From Squalus acanthias (Eukaryota): a DNA stretch of 64,000 bases. How positions within the stretch are numbered: the stretch's first letter is position 1; every line of letters begins with the position of its first letter. Of this stretch, positions 1-12,985 are shown piece after piece. The DNA is taken from NCBI GenBank assembly GCA_030390025.1, contig JASTWF010000343.1, positions 124,001-188,000 on the forward strand, given 5' to 3'. The notes below the pieces were generated by a model. The model was not told the origin of the DNA and searched no databases. It worked only from the letters and a program-made list of their open reading frames with translations. The position numbers were made by a program, and so were the translations under genes.

Positions 1-2932
1 ATCTTCCCTTTCTTAATCAATCTTTTTGTTATTTTTTGCTGTCATTTAAAGTTTTCCCAATTCTCTATCCTCCCACTAGATTTGGCTACCTTATAAGACC
101 TTGTTTTTAGTCGAATACTATCCTAAATGTCTTTACTTAGCCACGGAAGACTGTCTTTTCTTTCACAACCTTTTCTTCTCAGTGGAATAAATATTTCTTG
201 GAAATTGTAAAATAACTCCATAACTGTACACCACTGATCATGTATCGTCTTACCCTTTAATCTATTTTCACAATCCTCACTTCTCAATTCCGCTCGCATT
301 CCTTCATAGTATCCTTTATTCCAGCTTAGCACACTTGTTTGAGATCCAACCTTCTCACCCTCTAATTGAATATGGAATTCAACCATGTTATGATCACTCA
401 TTCCAAGGGAATCCTTTACTAGGACATTTTTAATTAATCCTGTCTCGTTACACAGGACCAGATCTAAGGTTGCTTGCCCCCTGGTTGGTTCAGTTACATA
501 CTGCTCAAGAAACCCATCCCTAATACACTCAATGAACTCATCCTCAAGGCAGCCCTGCCCAATTTGATTTGTCCACTTAATATGATAGTTGAAATCCCCC
601 ATAATTATAGATGTTCCCTTATTACAAGCCTCAACTATTTCCTGATTGATACTCCTTCCAACAGAGTTGCAAATGTTCGGAGGCCTATAGACTACGCCCA
701 CTAGTGTTTTTTCCCCTTATTTTTCCTTATCTCCACCCAAACTGTTTCATTATCCTGATCTTTTGACCCAATATCATTTCTCTGTATTACAGTGATTCCT
801 TCTTTTATTAACATGGCCACACCACCTCCCCTTCCTTCCTGCCTGTCCTTCCTGATCGTTAAATAACCTGGTGTGTTTAATTCCCAGGCATTGTCACCTT
901 GCAGCCATGTTTCTGTAATGGCCACAAGATCGTACCCATATGTAGATATTTGTGCCATTAACTCGTCTATTTTGTTACCAATGCTACGTGCATTCAGATA
1001 GAGAACTTTCAAATATGTTTTGTGATACTTAGTTCCTGCTTTTGCCCTTTTTATTACTTTAGCTTTTACTCCATACCTTGTGCCCCTTCCTGACACACTC
1101 TGGTATTTAATTTCCCCACTGCTACCTAAGTCTATGACCTTCTCTGTTGTCATTTTTATTATTTGCTCTCTAGGAACCTCCCCCCAACTAGTTAGTTTAA
1201 AGCCCTTTCTACAGCCCTAGTTATATGATCCGCCAGGACTCTAGTCCCAGCACTGGCCAAGTGAAGCCCGTACCAACGGAACAGCTCCCTCCTGCCCCAG
1301 TACTGGTGCCAGTGCCCCAGGAAGCAAAACCCATTTCTCTCACACCAGTCTTTGAGCCACTCATTTAACTCTCATTTTATTTGTCCTAGCCAAATTCGGT
1401 CGTGGCTCAGGTAATAATCCAGAGATTATTACCCTTGAGGTTCTGTTTTTTAATTTGAACCCTAGCTGCTCATAATCCTTTAACTGAACCGGCTTCCTTG
1501 TCCTATCTACGTTGTTTGTACCAACAGGGACCACGACAACTGGATCCACCCCCTCTACTGCAAGTTTATTTGCAGCCCAGAGGAGATGTCCTTAACCCTG
1601 GCACCGGGCAGGCAACACAGCCTACGGGACTCTCGCTCTCGGCTGCAGAGAACTCTATCTATCCCCCTAATAATACTATCCCCTATCACTAGAACATTTC
1701 TATTTACTCCCCCCTCTTGAATGGCCCCCTGTCCCACAGTGCTGTGGCCAGGTTGCTCATCCTCCCTGCAGTCCCCGCTTCCGTCCCCACAGGGAGTAAG
1801 AGCCCCGAACCTGTCGGACAAGAGCAAGGGCTGCGGCTCCTCCAACACTACCTCCTGGATCCCCGTACCTGCCTCACTCGTAGTCACATCGTCCTGCCCC
1901 TGACCATGGGCTACATCTGAATTAATTAACTTCATAGGTGTGACCACCTCCTGAAACACAAAGTCCAGGTACTTCTCCCCCTCCCTGATGTGTCGCAGTG
2001 GCCGAAGCTCAGACTCCAGCTCATCAACACGGAGCTGGAGTACCTGTAGCAGCAGACACTTGTCACAGATGTAATCACCGTGAGCCTCAATGGGTTCCAC
2101 CGGCTCCCACATCTCGCAATAGTAACACATCACCTGCTCCATTCTATGTAATTAATTAAATTTTTGATTGTTAGTTATGGACACTCTCTGCCCGATTATA
2201 GATGCCAGTATCCCCTCTAATTAATTGGATTTAAATTAAATCAATCCCTCTAAATTACACCAGTTAAATCTTTTACCAACAGTCACTCTCCACCAGAAAG
2301 GCATTATTAACTACAACCCACAGAGTTTAAGTTTAAAATGTGAGAAATACTCACCAACCAATTACTTACCTGCTTTCTGGTGACGTCACACCTCGATTAT
2401 TTTTACCTCTCTCCCTCCCTCAGAGTTCGGAGACTGGTCCCGCCTTACCTGGTCTCTGGAGACTTTTAAACCCTCTGCCGCCGCCTCGCCTCACGCAGGT
2501 CCGCCGCCGCAGCAGGAAGCTGACAAAGATGGAAAAAGGAAGGCACACCTCCCTCCCTGAACTCCCTCACTCACCAAACTCGCAGCTTAGCACTCTGTTC
2601 CAAATCTGGACTCCGTGACAAACTGCACTCTAGTCTCCCATATTTATACTGCTGAGATTTAAATAAGTGAGCTATCTGGCAGTTACAGAACGAGATTAGA
2701 CCAGTTAATTAATTAATTGCTATCACCTGCTCTCCAGCACAGAGCAGGCTTAGCCCTGCCAAAGCCTGGAAGAAACTTAAAACTTGAAACAGTAAATTTA
2801 AATGCTAATTGGAAGCACACAAGACTAGAATTTATAAAAAATTATAAAAATAAGAGATTAACCTTTAAGATTTACTCCCTCACTCACCAAACTCGCAGCT
2901 TAGCACTCTGTTCCAAATCTGCACTCCGTGAC
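1..2932 (-). mobile_element. CR1-type LINE, 5' part (5'UTR, ORF1, start of ORF2), frameshifted; runs off the left edge
   Basis: ORF 1555..2142 has a Cys/His finger, a coiled coil and the SGNH-esterase motif VLVIGDSIIRG, continuing in 1361..1549 (VGTNN). ORFs 701..1153 and 123..701 carry APE endonuclease motifs (YLNARS, AITETWL, MGDFN, SDHNMV). A 59-bp direct repeat lies at 2561-2619 and 2874-2932. Confidence 0.9.
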
Positions 2933-3232
2933 CATATTCAATATGTCCCCAGTAGAAGCCTGAAAGGAACCGCTGACTTAGAAATTCAGAGCCATTGTCA
3001 CCTTCACTGCCACCGACAGAGATGTCCTGGTCCTGAGCGGAGGCTGCAGATCTGGTTGCAGGAGGCGGCAGAGCTCAGTGATCACCTCATTGCTGAAGCA
3101 CAGCCTTTGGAAACACTGCTCCTCTGACAAATGGATATAGGAGGATCATTGCTCCCTGAATACCATGGGAGGGGTAGGTCTCATGTGCAGAGCCCTGTTG
3201 GCCCTACTCCCTCTTGCCATTCACTCTCTGCG
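2933..3232 (-). mobile_element. Remnant of a Harbinger (HARBI1-like) transposase gene
   Basis: Reverse complement of 45550-45860; translates to VALNF*VSGSFQ, with the same stop as the 45.8-kb copy. Confidence 0.85.
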
Positions 3233-4042
3233 ACGTTAGGTGGCATTTGCCTGTGGGATAAGTCGTCTGATTTCGATGCTGACAAATGCACTTAGTGGGG
3301 CATTACCTGGTCAATCATAACTATTTACCTTAATTCAGAGTCCATTATATGCAATGTTACTTGGCAAATCTTCCTTTCAATCAGCTTATAAGTTGTGTAT
3401 TTCAACAAAAATGCAGAAAACACAATCTTCAAAACATATCTGATAGCCCAGTTATCTTTCTAACTGCAGTGCAGTTGTATTTATTATTATCTTAGCATTG
3501 TCATATTACATCCGTACATTTTACATACAATTGCCTGTAATTATTGCACGCCAACGTTGCAGTTTCTGTATTTTGCTGTTGCATTCATTTTCAGTTCTAT
3601 ATATAATGGATATTCTAACCAGGAGCAGGAATCCAAGCGGGATTTCCCACTCCCCTAACACAGGGGCACAGAAGCGAATTTCACCACTCCAAATGCTGAC
3701 TGATCCCGGGATACGAAGCCTTCCTGAGAGGTTCCGGTCCTTTGTGTCCCTGGTACCTCGGGCGGTGCTTTTGTCTGCTGGGCTAAAGTTCGATCGATCA
3801 TTTAATCTCTCCGTCATCAAATATCTGTTAATTTGCTGTTGTATTTATTCCTATTACAGTTATTGATTCCACAATGCATTTCCGATTATTCTTCTCCTGT
3901 ATTCAGTTCCACAGGTATTAGAATTAGATTATTTCATTGAATGTCGGTAATGAGTTGCAGAATTCAGCCCGAATTCCATCAAACTGCTGCTTTTGCTCCC
4001 AGCCTGATGTATAATTTCCCTGTTTATTTCCCTTCCTCACAG

Positions 4043-4944
4043 TTAACTTAGTGACGGTTGTGATCCTGTCTCAGGGAAAGTGCGGTCTCTCCAAATGTGT
4101 CACTCGCTACCTGGTGGCCATGGCAGCGGCGGATCTACTGGTCGTTATCCTCGACCTGATATTGAGGCACATTCCCATTGTTTATTGGGAACAATTTTAT
4201 TTCGTGGTGTACATCCCCGTGTGTAATATCCACGCCGTCCTACTTTATGCAGCCACAGACTGTTCAGTCTGGTTCACCGTCACTTTCACCTTTGATCGAT
4301 TTGTGGCCATTTGTTGCCAGAAGCTGAAAACTAAATATTGCACCGAGAAAACGGCGGCTGTGGTTCTGGGAACAGTGACTGTGCTGAGCGGTTTAAAGGA
4401 CATCTCCTGGTATTTTATGATCACAAATCGGTATAGGCTTCTGAACGACCCCTGGTTTTGTGAGTTCACAAACGATGTTCTGTATTCACGGGTCTGGGCA
4501 TCAATCGAGTTCCTCCATTATATTCTCACCCCGTGTGTCCCATTTGCAGTGATTCTGCTGCTCAATGCTGTCACCGTTAGACACATTTTAGTGGCCAGCA
4601 GAGCCCGCAGGAGACTCCGGGGTCCCAGCAGTGGGGAGAGTCCCAGAGATCCAGAGATGGCGAGCCGCAGGAAATCCATCATTTTACTGCTTGTTATCTC
4701 CGGCAATTTCATCCTGTTATGGGCAGTGTTTATGGTGTTTTCCATATCGTGGCGGATGTGGAATTTGGGGTATCAGTCTGTATATCTACCAGTTTATGTA
4801 CAGGAATTGGGATTCATGCTGCAGCTGCTGAGTTGCTGCACAAACACTGGTATTTACACCGTGACCCAGACTAAGTTCAGAGAGCAGTTGAAGAATGTGG
4901 GGAAATATCCCTTTACTCTGATTGTAAAATTCATTAAAGGATGA
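4043..4944 (+). CDS. GPR139/GPR142-like class A GPCR, second coding exon (TM1 end to TM7 and C-tail); first exon not in the window
   Basis: Acceptor ttcctcacag at 4033-4042, phase 1 (gTT AAC TTA GTG). The frame is open to TGA at 4942-4944. Motifs are LVAMAAADLL (TM2), TFDRFVAICC (DRY variant), an ECL2 Cys and NTGIY (NPxxY variant). The GTG start in the ORF track is not a real start. Confidence 0.9.
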
Positions 4945-5002
4945 GAAGAAGCGGAGACTTTGCAGTCTGAGTGTTGACAGTTCCCTGGGCCTGATATTGT
5001 GT

Positions 5003-6365
5003 CGCCCGCACAAAGATGTCGGCTCTGGGGCCCAGCACGAAAATGGCGGCTCCGGTGCCCGTACAAAGATGGCGGCACCCGCGTCCCGCACAAAGATGGT
5101 GGCACTGGGGAAACGCACAAAGATGGTGGCTTCGGGGCCCGTCCAAAAATGGCGGCAGACGCGTCCCGCACAAAGATGGCTGCTCCGGTGCCCGTCTCAA
5201 ATTTGGCGGCTCCGGGGCCCATCACAAAAATGGCGGCTCCCGCGTCCCGCACGAAGATGGCGGCATCCGCACCCAGTACAAATATGGCGGCTCGGGGGCA
5301 CCGTACAAAGATGGCGGCATCCGCGTGCCGCACAAGGATGGCGGTTCTGGGGCATCGCACAAAGTGGGTGGCACCCGGGCCCAGCACAAAGATGGCGGCT
5401 CTAGGGACTCCGCACAATGATGGCGGATTTGGGGACTCACAAAGATGTCAGATCTGGGGATCCGCACAATGATGGCGGATCTGGGGACCCGCACAAAGAT
5501 GGCGGATTTGGGGACACGCACAAAGATGGCGTCTCTGGCGCCCCGCACAAAAATGGCAGCTCTGGGAAACCGCGCAATGATGGCGGCTTTGGGGCCCCAC
5601 AAAACATGGTGGCACCCGCGCTCCTCACAAAGATGTAGGCACTGGGGCCCAGCACAAATATGTCGGCACCCGTGCCCCGAACAAACATGGCGGCTCTGCG
5701 GCCTCGTCCAAAGATTGTGGCACTCGCGCCCCGCACAAAAATGGCGGCTCTGTGACCGAGCACAAATATGGCAAAACCCGAGCGCAGCACAAATATGGCG
5801 TCACCTTGGCCCAGCACAAAGATTGCGGCAACCGCGCACCGCACAACGATGGCAGCACCCTCGCCCAGCACAAAGATGGCGGCTCTGGAGCCCTGCACAA
5901 AGATGATGGCCCTGGGGACACGCAGAACGATGGCGGATCTGGGGACCGCACAAAAATGGCCGCATACGCACCCCGCCCAAAGTTGGCTGCACAGGCGCCC
6001 CGCGCAAAGATGGCGTCTCTGGCGCCCCGCCCAAAGATGGTGGTACAGGCGTTCAGCACAAAGATGGCGGCTCTGGCGCCCCGCAAAAAATAATGCAGTC
6101 TCTGCCCCCCCCCACCCCACAACGCCCAGTACAATGATGGCGGCACTGGGTCATCGCACAAAGATGGCAGCTCCGGCGCCCCTCACAAAGATGGCGGCTC
6201 TGGGGTGCTGCACATAGATGGCGGCGCTGGGGCTCTGCACAAAGATAGCTGCGCTGGGGCTCCGCACAATGATGACGTCTCTGGGGCCTCACACAAAGTT
6301 GGCGGCTCCTGGGATCCGCTCAAATTTGGCGGCTCTGGGGCCCTGCACAAAGATGGCGGCTCTCA
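5003..6365 (+). repeat. CpG-rich ~27-bp minisatellite (GCACAAAGATGGCGGCTCTGGGGCCCC-like), roughly 50 units
   Basis: Units are directly visible, and overlapping ORFs show a 9-aa period (TKMAAPASR). Confidence 0.95.
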
Positions 6366-6622
6366 CTCGGGGAATTTCCCCGGCGGCGGGCGGCGAATGT
6401 TCGGAGGGCGGCAGCAGTTGTAGGCTCGGTTAAAGTGAGAGCGGTCGGCGAGGTGGAGCAGCCCGGGTCCGCCCAGTCCACAGGGGCCCGAGCAACCCAG
6501 CCCGGGGAGGAGGAGGCCCGGCACAAGGACTTTATTAATCATTATAACCCTTTATAATGCTTTAAAATCACTACACCACTTTACAGTTCTTTTATAACCC
6601 TTTATAAATGATTTTGAATATT

Positions 6623-6668
6623 AATAAAACATTATGAGGCTTTATAAATCATTATGACACTTAATAAA
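6623..6668 (+). terminator. Candidate polyadenylation signals of the + GPCR
   Basis: AATAAA at 6623-6628 and 6663-6668 in an AT-rich tract; the second is mirrored by TTTATT at 41059-41064 in the other arm. Confidence 0.4.
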
Positions 6669-6684
6669 TCATTTTTAAAATTCA

Positions 6685-7090
6685 TTCCTGTAATGTGGGC
6701 GTCGCTGCCAAGGCCAACATTCTATTGCCCATCCCTAATTGCCCTTGAGAAGGGGGTGGTGAGCCGCCTGAGGCAAGCGAGTGTCTTGTGGGCCATTTCA
6801 GAGACCAGTTAAGAGTCAACCACATTGCAGTGGGTCTGGAGTCACATTTCAGCCAGACCAGGTGAGGACGGCAGATTTCCTTCCCGAAAGCCCATTAGTG
6901 AACCAGATAGGTTTTTTACGAAAATCTGGTACTTTCATGCTCACTGTTACATGACACTAGCTTTTTATTCCAGATTTGTTTCATTGATTGAATTTAAATT
7001 CCCCAGCTGCTGGGAATATGAACTCTGGATCATTTGTCCAGGAATCTGATTTACTAGTCCAGTAACATAACCACTATGCTACCGTACCCT
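6685..7090 (-). mobile_element. tRNA-derived SINE with LINE-derived 3' tail
   Basis: A-box-like TAGCATAGTGG (7081-7071) and B-box-like GTTCATATTCC (7023-7013). The tail GGCTCACCACC..TTCTCAAGGGCAATTAGGGATGGGCAAT matches the LINE end at 39755-39810. Confidence 0.8.
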
Positions 7091-7094
7091 TCAA

Positions 7095-7290
7095 ATATAT
7101 CGCCGTTCCTTCATCGTCATTTGTCAAAAGCCTGAAAATGCTTCTGTACCAGTATTGTGGAAGCACCTTCACCACACGGACTGCAGCGGCTCAAGATGAA
7201 GGCCCACCATTTGCACATGGGTAACTCGGGATGGGCAAGTGATATCGGCCTTGACAGCGTTACCCATATCCTGAGAAGAAATGCATAGAA
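7095..7290 (+). mobile_element. 3' terminal fragment of the same LINE family as 37239-39859
   Basis: Similar to 39655-39840 (ccttcatcgtc...cacggactgcagcgg). Confidence 0.75.
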
Positions 7291-7544
7291 ATAATAAAAT
7301 AGGATTAAATTCAATGATTTTATAATTCATTGATTTAAACCAGGCGAGGCCTGTGATCAGAGCGGGGCGTCAAGTACGCTAAACAAATTGTCAACACCAC
7401 TTGGATCACTAATTTTATGGTTGTATGATTGATACTACTCATATTTTCCCAATTTCCCTCTCCTTAGAAAAGGTGCTTTATAAAGTATCACATATTACCA
7501 AAATTGAAGCCCATTGGATTAAAGTGGCAGTGACAACATTGAGT

Positions 7545-8890
7545 GTCATGGGATATATCAGTATGTAAGAGAGGATTAAAATGTGGGGGATATCAGAGTG
7601 CTACAGTGAGGGGGTTGGTATATATCAGAGTGTTACAGTGAGGCGTATGGGGTTTATCAGCATGTTGCGGTGAGCTGTGTGGGGTATGTCAGTGTTACAG
7701 TGAATGGTGTGGGATATATCAGAGTGTTACAGTGAGGGGTGTGGGGTATATCAGCGTGTTACAATGAGGGATGTGGGATATATCAGTGTGTTACAGCGCG
7801 GGGTGCGCCGTATCTCAGAGTGTTAAAGTGAGGTGAGTAGGGTATATCGGTCTGTTACAGTGAGAGGTTTGGAATATGTAAGAAATGATTAAAATGAGGG
7901 GTAAATCAGAGTGTTAAAGTGAATGCTGTGAGCTATATAAGAGTGTCACAGTGAGGGGTGTGGGATATATCAGAGTATTATAGTGAGAGGTGTGGGGTAT
8001 TTCAGTGTGTTACAGTGAGGGGTGTGGGGTATATCAGAGTATTACAGTGAGGGGTGTGGGGTATATCAGAGTGTTACAGTGAGGGGTGTGAGGTATATCA
8101 GAGTGTTACAGTGAGGGGTGTGGGGTATATCAGAGTATTACAGTGAGGGGTGTGGGGTATATCAGAGTATTACAGTGAGGGGTGTGGGGTATATCAGAAA
8201 GTGTTACAGTGAGGGGTGTGAGGTATATCAGAGTGTTACAGTGAGGGGTGTGGGGTATATCAGTGTTACAGTGAGGGGTGTGGGGTATATCACAGTGTTA
8301 CAGTGAGGGGTGTGGGGTTTATCAGCGTGTTGCAGTGAGAGGTGTGGGACTTATCAGAGTGTTATAGTGAGGGGTGTGGCATATATCAGACTGTTACAGT
8401 GAGGGGTGTGGGGTATATCAGAGAATGTTACAGTGAGGGGTGTGTGGTATATCAAACTATTACAGTGAGGGGTGTGGGGTTTATCAGCGTGTTGCAGTGA
8501 GAGGTGTGGGATTTATCAGAGTGTTGCAGTGAGAGGTGTGGGATTTATCAGAGTGTTACAGTGAGGGCTGTTCGGTATCTCAGTGTGTTACAATAAGGTG
8601 CGTGGGTTATATCAGTGTGTTACATTGAGGGAATTGGGGTATATCAGAGTGTTAAAGTGAATGGCATGGGGTATATCACAGTGTTACATTGAGGGGTGTG
8701 GGCTATATCAGAGTGTTAAAGTAAGGTGAGTGGGGTATATCGGTCTGTTACCGTGAGAGGTTTGGAATATGCAAGAAAGGATTAAAGTGAGCGGTACATC
8801 AGAGTGTTAAAGTGAATGGTGTGGGGTATATCACAGTGTTACATTGAGGGGTGTGGGGTATATCAGAGTGTTACAGTGAGGTGAGTGGTC
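7545..8890 (+). repeat. ~31-bp tandem repeat (GTGTTACAGTGAGGGGTGTGGGGTATATCAGA)
   Basis: About 40 visible units with a homogeneous core at 8000-8480. Confidence 0.95.
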
Positions 8891-8924
8891 CATTACTCTG
8901 TATCTAACCCACGTGTACCTGCCT

Positions 8925-9060
8925 GTTCCAATGAAAGGTCAACGACCTGAACCGTTAACTCTGTTTCTCTCTCTACAGAAGCTGCCTGACCTGCTGGGTA
9001 TTTCCAGCATTTTGTGTTTTTACTTCAGATTTCCAGCATCCACAGTATTTTGCTTTTGTG
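8925..9060 (+). mobile_element. Penelope-like pLTR fragment
   Basis: Same gacctgaa.cgttaactctgtttctctct...gctgcctgacctgctg...tttccagca block as the termini of 17369-19958. Confidence 0.8.
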
Positions 9061-9103
9061 CGTCTGCCTGGAATTGTGTGAATGGACAGGATTGAGGGCC
9101 CTT

Positions 9104-9925
9104 TAAGAACATAAGAACATAAGAACATAAGAAATAGGAGCGCAGTATGCCATTTGGCCCTTCGAGCCTGCTCCGCCATTCAATATGATTATGGCTGTTC
9201 TTCTACCTCAACTCCAGTTTCCTGCACTATTCCCATATCCCTTGTTTCCTTCAATATTCAAAATTCCATGGAGCTCTGTCTTGAATATACTCAACGACTA
9301 AGCGTCCACAACCCTCTGGACTAAAGAATTCCAAAGATTCACCACCCTCTGAGTGAAGAAATGTCTCCTCATCTCAGTCCTAAATATCCGACCCTTATTC
9401 TGAGACTGTGACTCCTGGTTGTAGAATCCCCAGCCAGGGGAAACATCCTCCTTGCATCTATACCTGTCAAGCCCTGTAAGAATTTTGCTTTTTTTCAATG
9501 TGATCACCTCTCATTCTTCTAAATTCTCGGGAATATAGGCCTAGTCTACTCAATCTCTCCTCATAGGACAATCCCCCCCATCCCAGGAACCAGTCCGGTG
9601 AACCTGCGTTGCACTCGCTCTTTGTCAATTATATCCTTCCTTCGGTAAGGAGACCAAAACTATACACAGTACTAAAGGTGTGGTCTCACCAGGGCCTTAT
9701 ATAATTGCAGTAAGACGTCTTTACTCTTATACTCAAATCCTCTTGGAATGAAGGCCAACATACCATTTGCTTGCCTAATTGTTTGCTTTACCTGCAGGTT
9801 AGCGTTCAGTGATTCGTGTAGAAGGACACCCAGGTCCCTCTCAACACCAACATTTCATATTCTCTAACCATTTAAAAAATACTCTGCTTTTCTATTTTTC
9901 CTACCAAAGTGGATAACTTCATATT
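9104..9925 (-). mobile_element. CR1 3' fragment
   Basis: (TTCTTATG)n tail at 9104-9131 and FFTQRVVNLWNSL motif in ORF 9298..9507; partly mirrored at 40400-40795. Confidence 0.9.
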
Positions 9926-9929
9926 CAAA

Positions 9930-11917
9930 CCACATGTTTCGTCCACGTAAGATATTAGAATATTAATCACAATGCAACCAGACAATCAACAAATATAAAG
10001 TGCTGTAGTTCTTTAATTCGCAGTATTAAAAAGAACTGAACAAAATGGGTATCCGTATTTTCAACTTCAATCACTTCCATTAATAAATGTTGCATTCTTG
10101 AACTAGCACTCCAACCATGTAACATGTCAGAAATGCAGCACTTAAATCCCAAGTGTAGAAAAACACATACAGAGTTTGTGTCACTGAATTAAAAACAAAA
10201 AGCAGGAAAAGCTATGATTTAACAGAAATAAACATTTGTCTTTCTTCCTGGACAGGAGAACCAGTCAGACTGACTTGGAAATGTTTACTCATATGTTGAC
10301 GTGAAGATTTATAATTTACCAATTTAACTTCTAATGTTTTTCTCTCAAACATTCTCCACAATATTAATCCCTGCTCTTATCACGAAAAGTGATGAATTGT
10401 TTTAGCTAATTCGCAATTAAAAGCGGGAAACAAACGACATTGTACTCTCAATTTTTAATCTCCTATTTCAAACATTCAAACCAAATCGAATTGTACGTTA
10501 TCAGTTTAATCAAAGCATTTTCTGTGTCTTTCTCAATAAACAAAGAGTGGTTTCTTCTAAAGTAGCTTCCTGCAATTTTTATACATCATTACATAACTCT
10601 TGTTTCTATTAACACTCCACTAAATGTTTAAGAAGAAATCTATATTTACATTAATCCTGCGACTTGCTAGGACTATGGAACACAGAAAAAATAAAATGGT
10701 TTGTGTTTTTCCCATTTTTGGTTCTCTTCCTAAATGTCTTAATGGTATATTTTTAAAAAGTCATTAAAAATTAATATGTAACTCCTACAAATCCTCCCCT
10801 GCCCTCCCCAGCCTCAACACCATAGTTGCATGTATGTGTAAAGCTACTCACTTCACTTGATCACTCAAACTCTAATATTGAGAAACTTCAATTTTAAAAA
10901 TTTTAAGCATTTCAGAGCCTCTTTGAATGCGTTTGGACTTCAAGAGCTGGTTGAAATTTGTTTAGGTGAGGGGAAAATTGGCTTTTGCTTCAGTATCTTC
11001 CAAAATCATATTCGAAACTTAGGGGGAAAAAGTGTTTTAATACACATTTTTTGTGAAAAGTTCGTTAAAAATCTTTAAACTCTTTCAAGTTTAATTGCAG
11101 CTTTGGCAGAAGAAGTTGCTCCAAGTTTCTCTTTCCCCCTTCAATGCTGTCGTTAAACATACGACAAAATATAATAAAATAAAGTCTGATTCCAAACGGA
11201 GCACAAATCAGAAAGTGAATAAAGTGATTAAACTTCCCAAGAAGGTGGTGAGGTTATCTCTCCCCAGACTTGGCGATGAGTTGGGAGCAATTTTTGGAGA
11301 TGTTGTTTCCTGTTTTTCTGCTGCCGTCCCTCCGTCTCTCAGGCTCTGTGGTACAAACGGGGGCACAAACGTTTTCCCCTCTTCGCAACATGAATTAAAT
11401 AACCCTGATAAACTTTTCAAAAAGGGGACGAGCCCTGGCAAAATTGAACTGGAACTTACCACGAAATATTCAGCATCACTTTCCCATGTCCCTTTCCGGC
11501 TTTAAATAATTTTCTGAATTAAAAAAAAAATTCTCATACTTTTGTTTCACCGCGGTGTTAAAACAATGTTTGCTTTCACCTCCTTCCAGCGGCCACTATA
11601 TACGCGCTGCACCTCCGCCTGTGTTGTTGCAAATTAAGGCCGCCGGTCAGTTCCCAGGAACGGACTACACGCGTCTCCGCGGAAAAAGTACTGAAACAAT
11701 CCAGAGGCAACGCTCGCCGGTTTCCAGGACTCCGTATCTCAGCAAATGTTGTTCCAATTCGGATCGGCTCTGTGAGTTCACAAACGGCTCTGTGAGGATT
11801 CGCGGGTCATTGGGTATTAGGCCTCTCTGCCCGCTCCTGCTCACTGCGCCGCCTGTGAATTTCAGTGCGCGGGACCTTACAGATCGCCGTGCACCCACGC
11901 ACCTTACAGGGAACATT
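9930..11917 (-). mobile_element. Unclassified AT-rich element starting with a hAT-like terminus (CAATGTTCCCTGTAAG); mirrored in the other arm
   Basis: Its end abuts and truncates a Penelope pLTR at 11917 and 35976. No second TIR or intact ORF was found. Confidence 0.35.
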
Positions 11918-12080
11918 GCTCAGCAGGTCAGGCAGCATCTGTTGTGGGAGAAACAGAGTTAATGTTTCAGGTCGATGGCATTTCATCAGAACTGGGAAAT
12001 TTATGATGTAACAGATTTTAAGCAAGGACAGAGGCAGGGAAAGGGTTGAATGGAAGGAAAGAACAAAAGGGAAGGTCTGT
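11918..12080 (-). mobile_element. Penelope-like pLTR fragment with hammerhead core
   Basis: agtt-CTGATGA...GAAA-catt-aact on the - strand at 11957-11993; mirrored at 35815-35968. Confidence 0.8.
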
Positions 12081-12081
12081 G

Positions 12082-12985
12082 TTGTACCTGTCCTGGGTGT
12101 ATTTGGCGGGATTGGGTAGCAGGAGCTTTACTCGTGATGTACTTACCTTGGGAGAATTTGCTGGCACAGTGCAGAGGGATATTTACCCAATACCTAACAG
12201 GTGCTGCACCTGCTGTGGAAATGTTTGATGAGTCAGTGTAGAAGTAGATTTAACCTGTATCTAACCCATGCTGTACTTGCTCTTGGAGTATTTGATGGGG
12301 CAGTGTAGAGGGAGCTTTAAGCTGTATCTAACCCATGCTGTACCTGCTCTTGGAGTATTTGATGGGGCAGTGTAGAAGGAACTTTAATCTATTACATTAC
12401 ATAGTATTTACAGCACAGACACAGGCCATTCGGCCCAACAGGTCCATGCCGGTGTTTATGCTCCACACGAGCCTCCTCCCACCCTACTTCATCGCACATC
12501 CTTCTATTCCTTTCTCCCTCATGTAGATATCCAGCTTCCCCTAAAATGCTTCTATGTTATTCGCATCAATTACTCCATGCGGTAGCGAGTTCCACATTCT
12601 CACTACTCTCTGGGTAAAGATGTTTCTCCTGAATTCCTTGTTGGATTTATTAGTGACCAACTTATATTGATGGCCATTAAATCATCAAAGCCCTGTACCT
12701 GCCCTGGGAGTGTTTGATGGGACAGTGCAGAGTGAGTTTTACTCTTTATCTAACTGGTGTTATACCTGACCTGTTTGATGTGTGTTTGATGGGGACAGTA
12801 AAGAGCGAGATTCACTCGGTATCTATCGCGTGCTGTACCTGCCCTTGGAGTGTTCAATAGGTCTGTGTAGAGCAAGCTTTACCCTTTATCTAACCGGTGC
12901 TGTAGCTGACCTTGGAGTGTTCGATGGAGCATTGTAGAGGGAGTTTTACTCTGTACCTAACCCGTGGTTTACCTGCCTGTGAGTG
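12082..12985 (+). repeat. ~67-bp tandem repeat (CTGTACCTGCCCTGGGAGTGTTTGATGGGACAGTGTAGAGGGAGCTTTACTCTGTATCTAACCCGTG-like) interrupted by a CR1 tail at ~12390-12680
   Basis: About 9 degenerate units; the CR1 3' end (ggccattcggccc) lies on the - strand in the middle. Confidence 0.85.

Noticed and set aside
3498..3866. ORFs conserved in both arms upstream of the body exon (also 42745-43066)
   Set aside because: Frames and stops differ between arms; the similarity is explained by the duplication.
4786..6526. Many overlapping ORFs of 70-227 aa
   Set aside because: By-products of the stop-poor 27-bp minisatellite, open in most frames on both strands.
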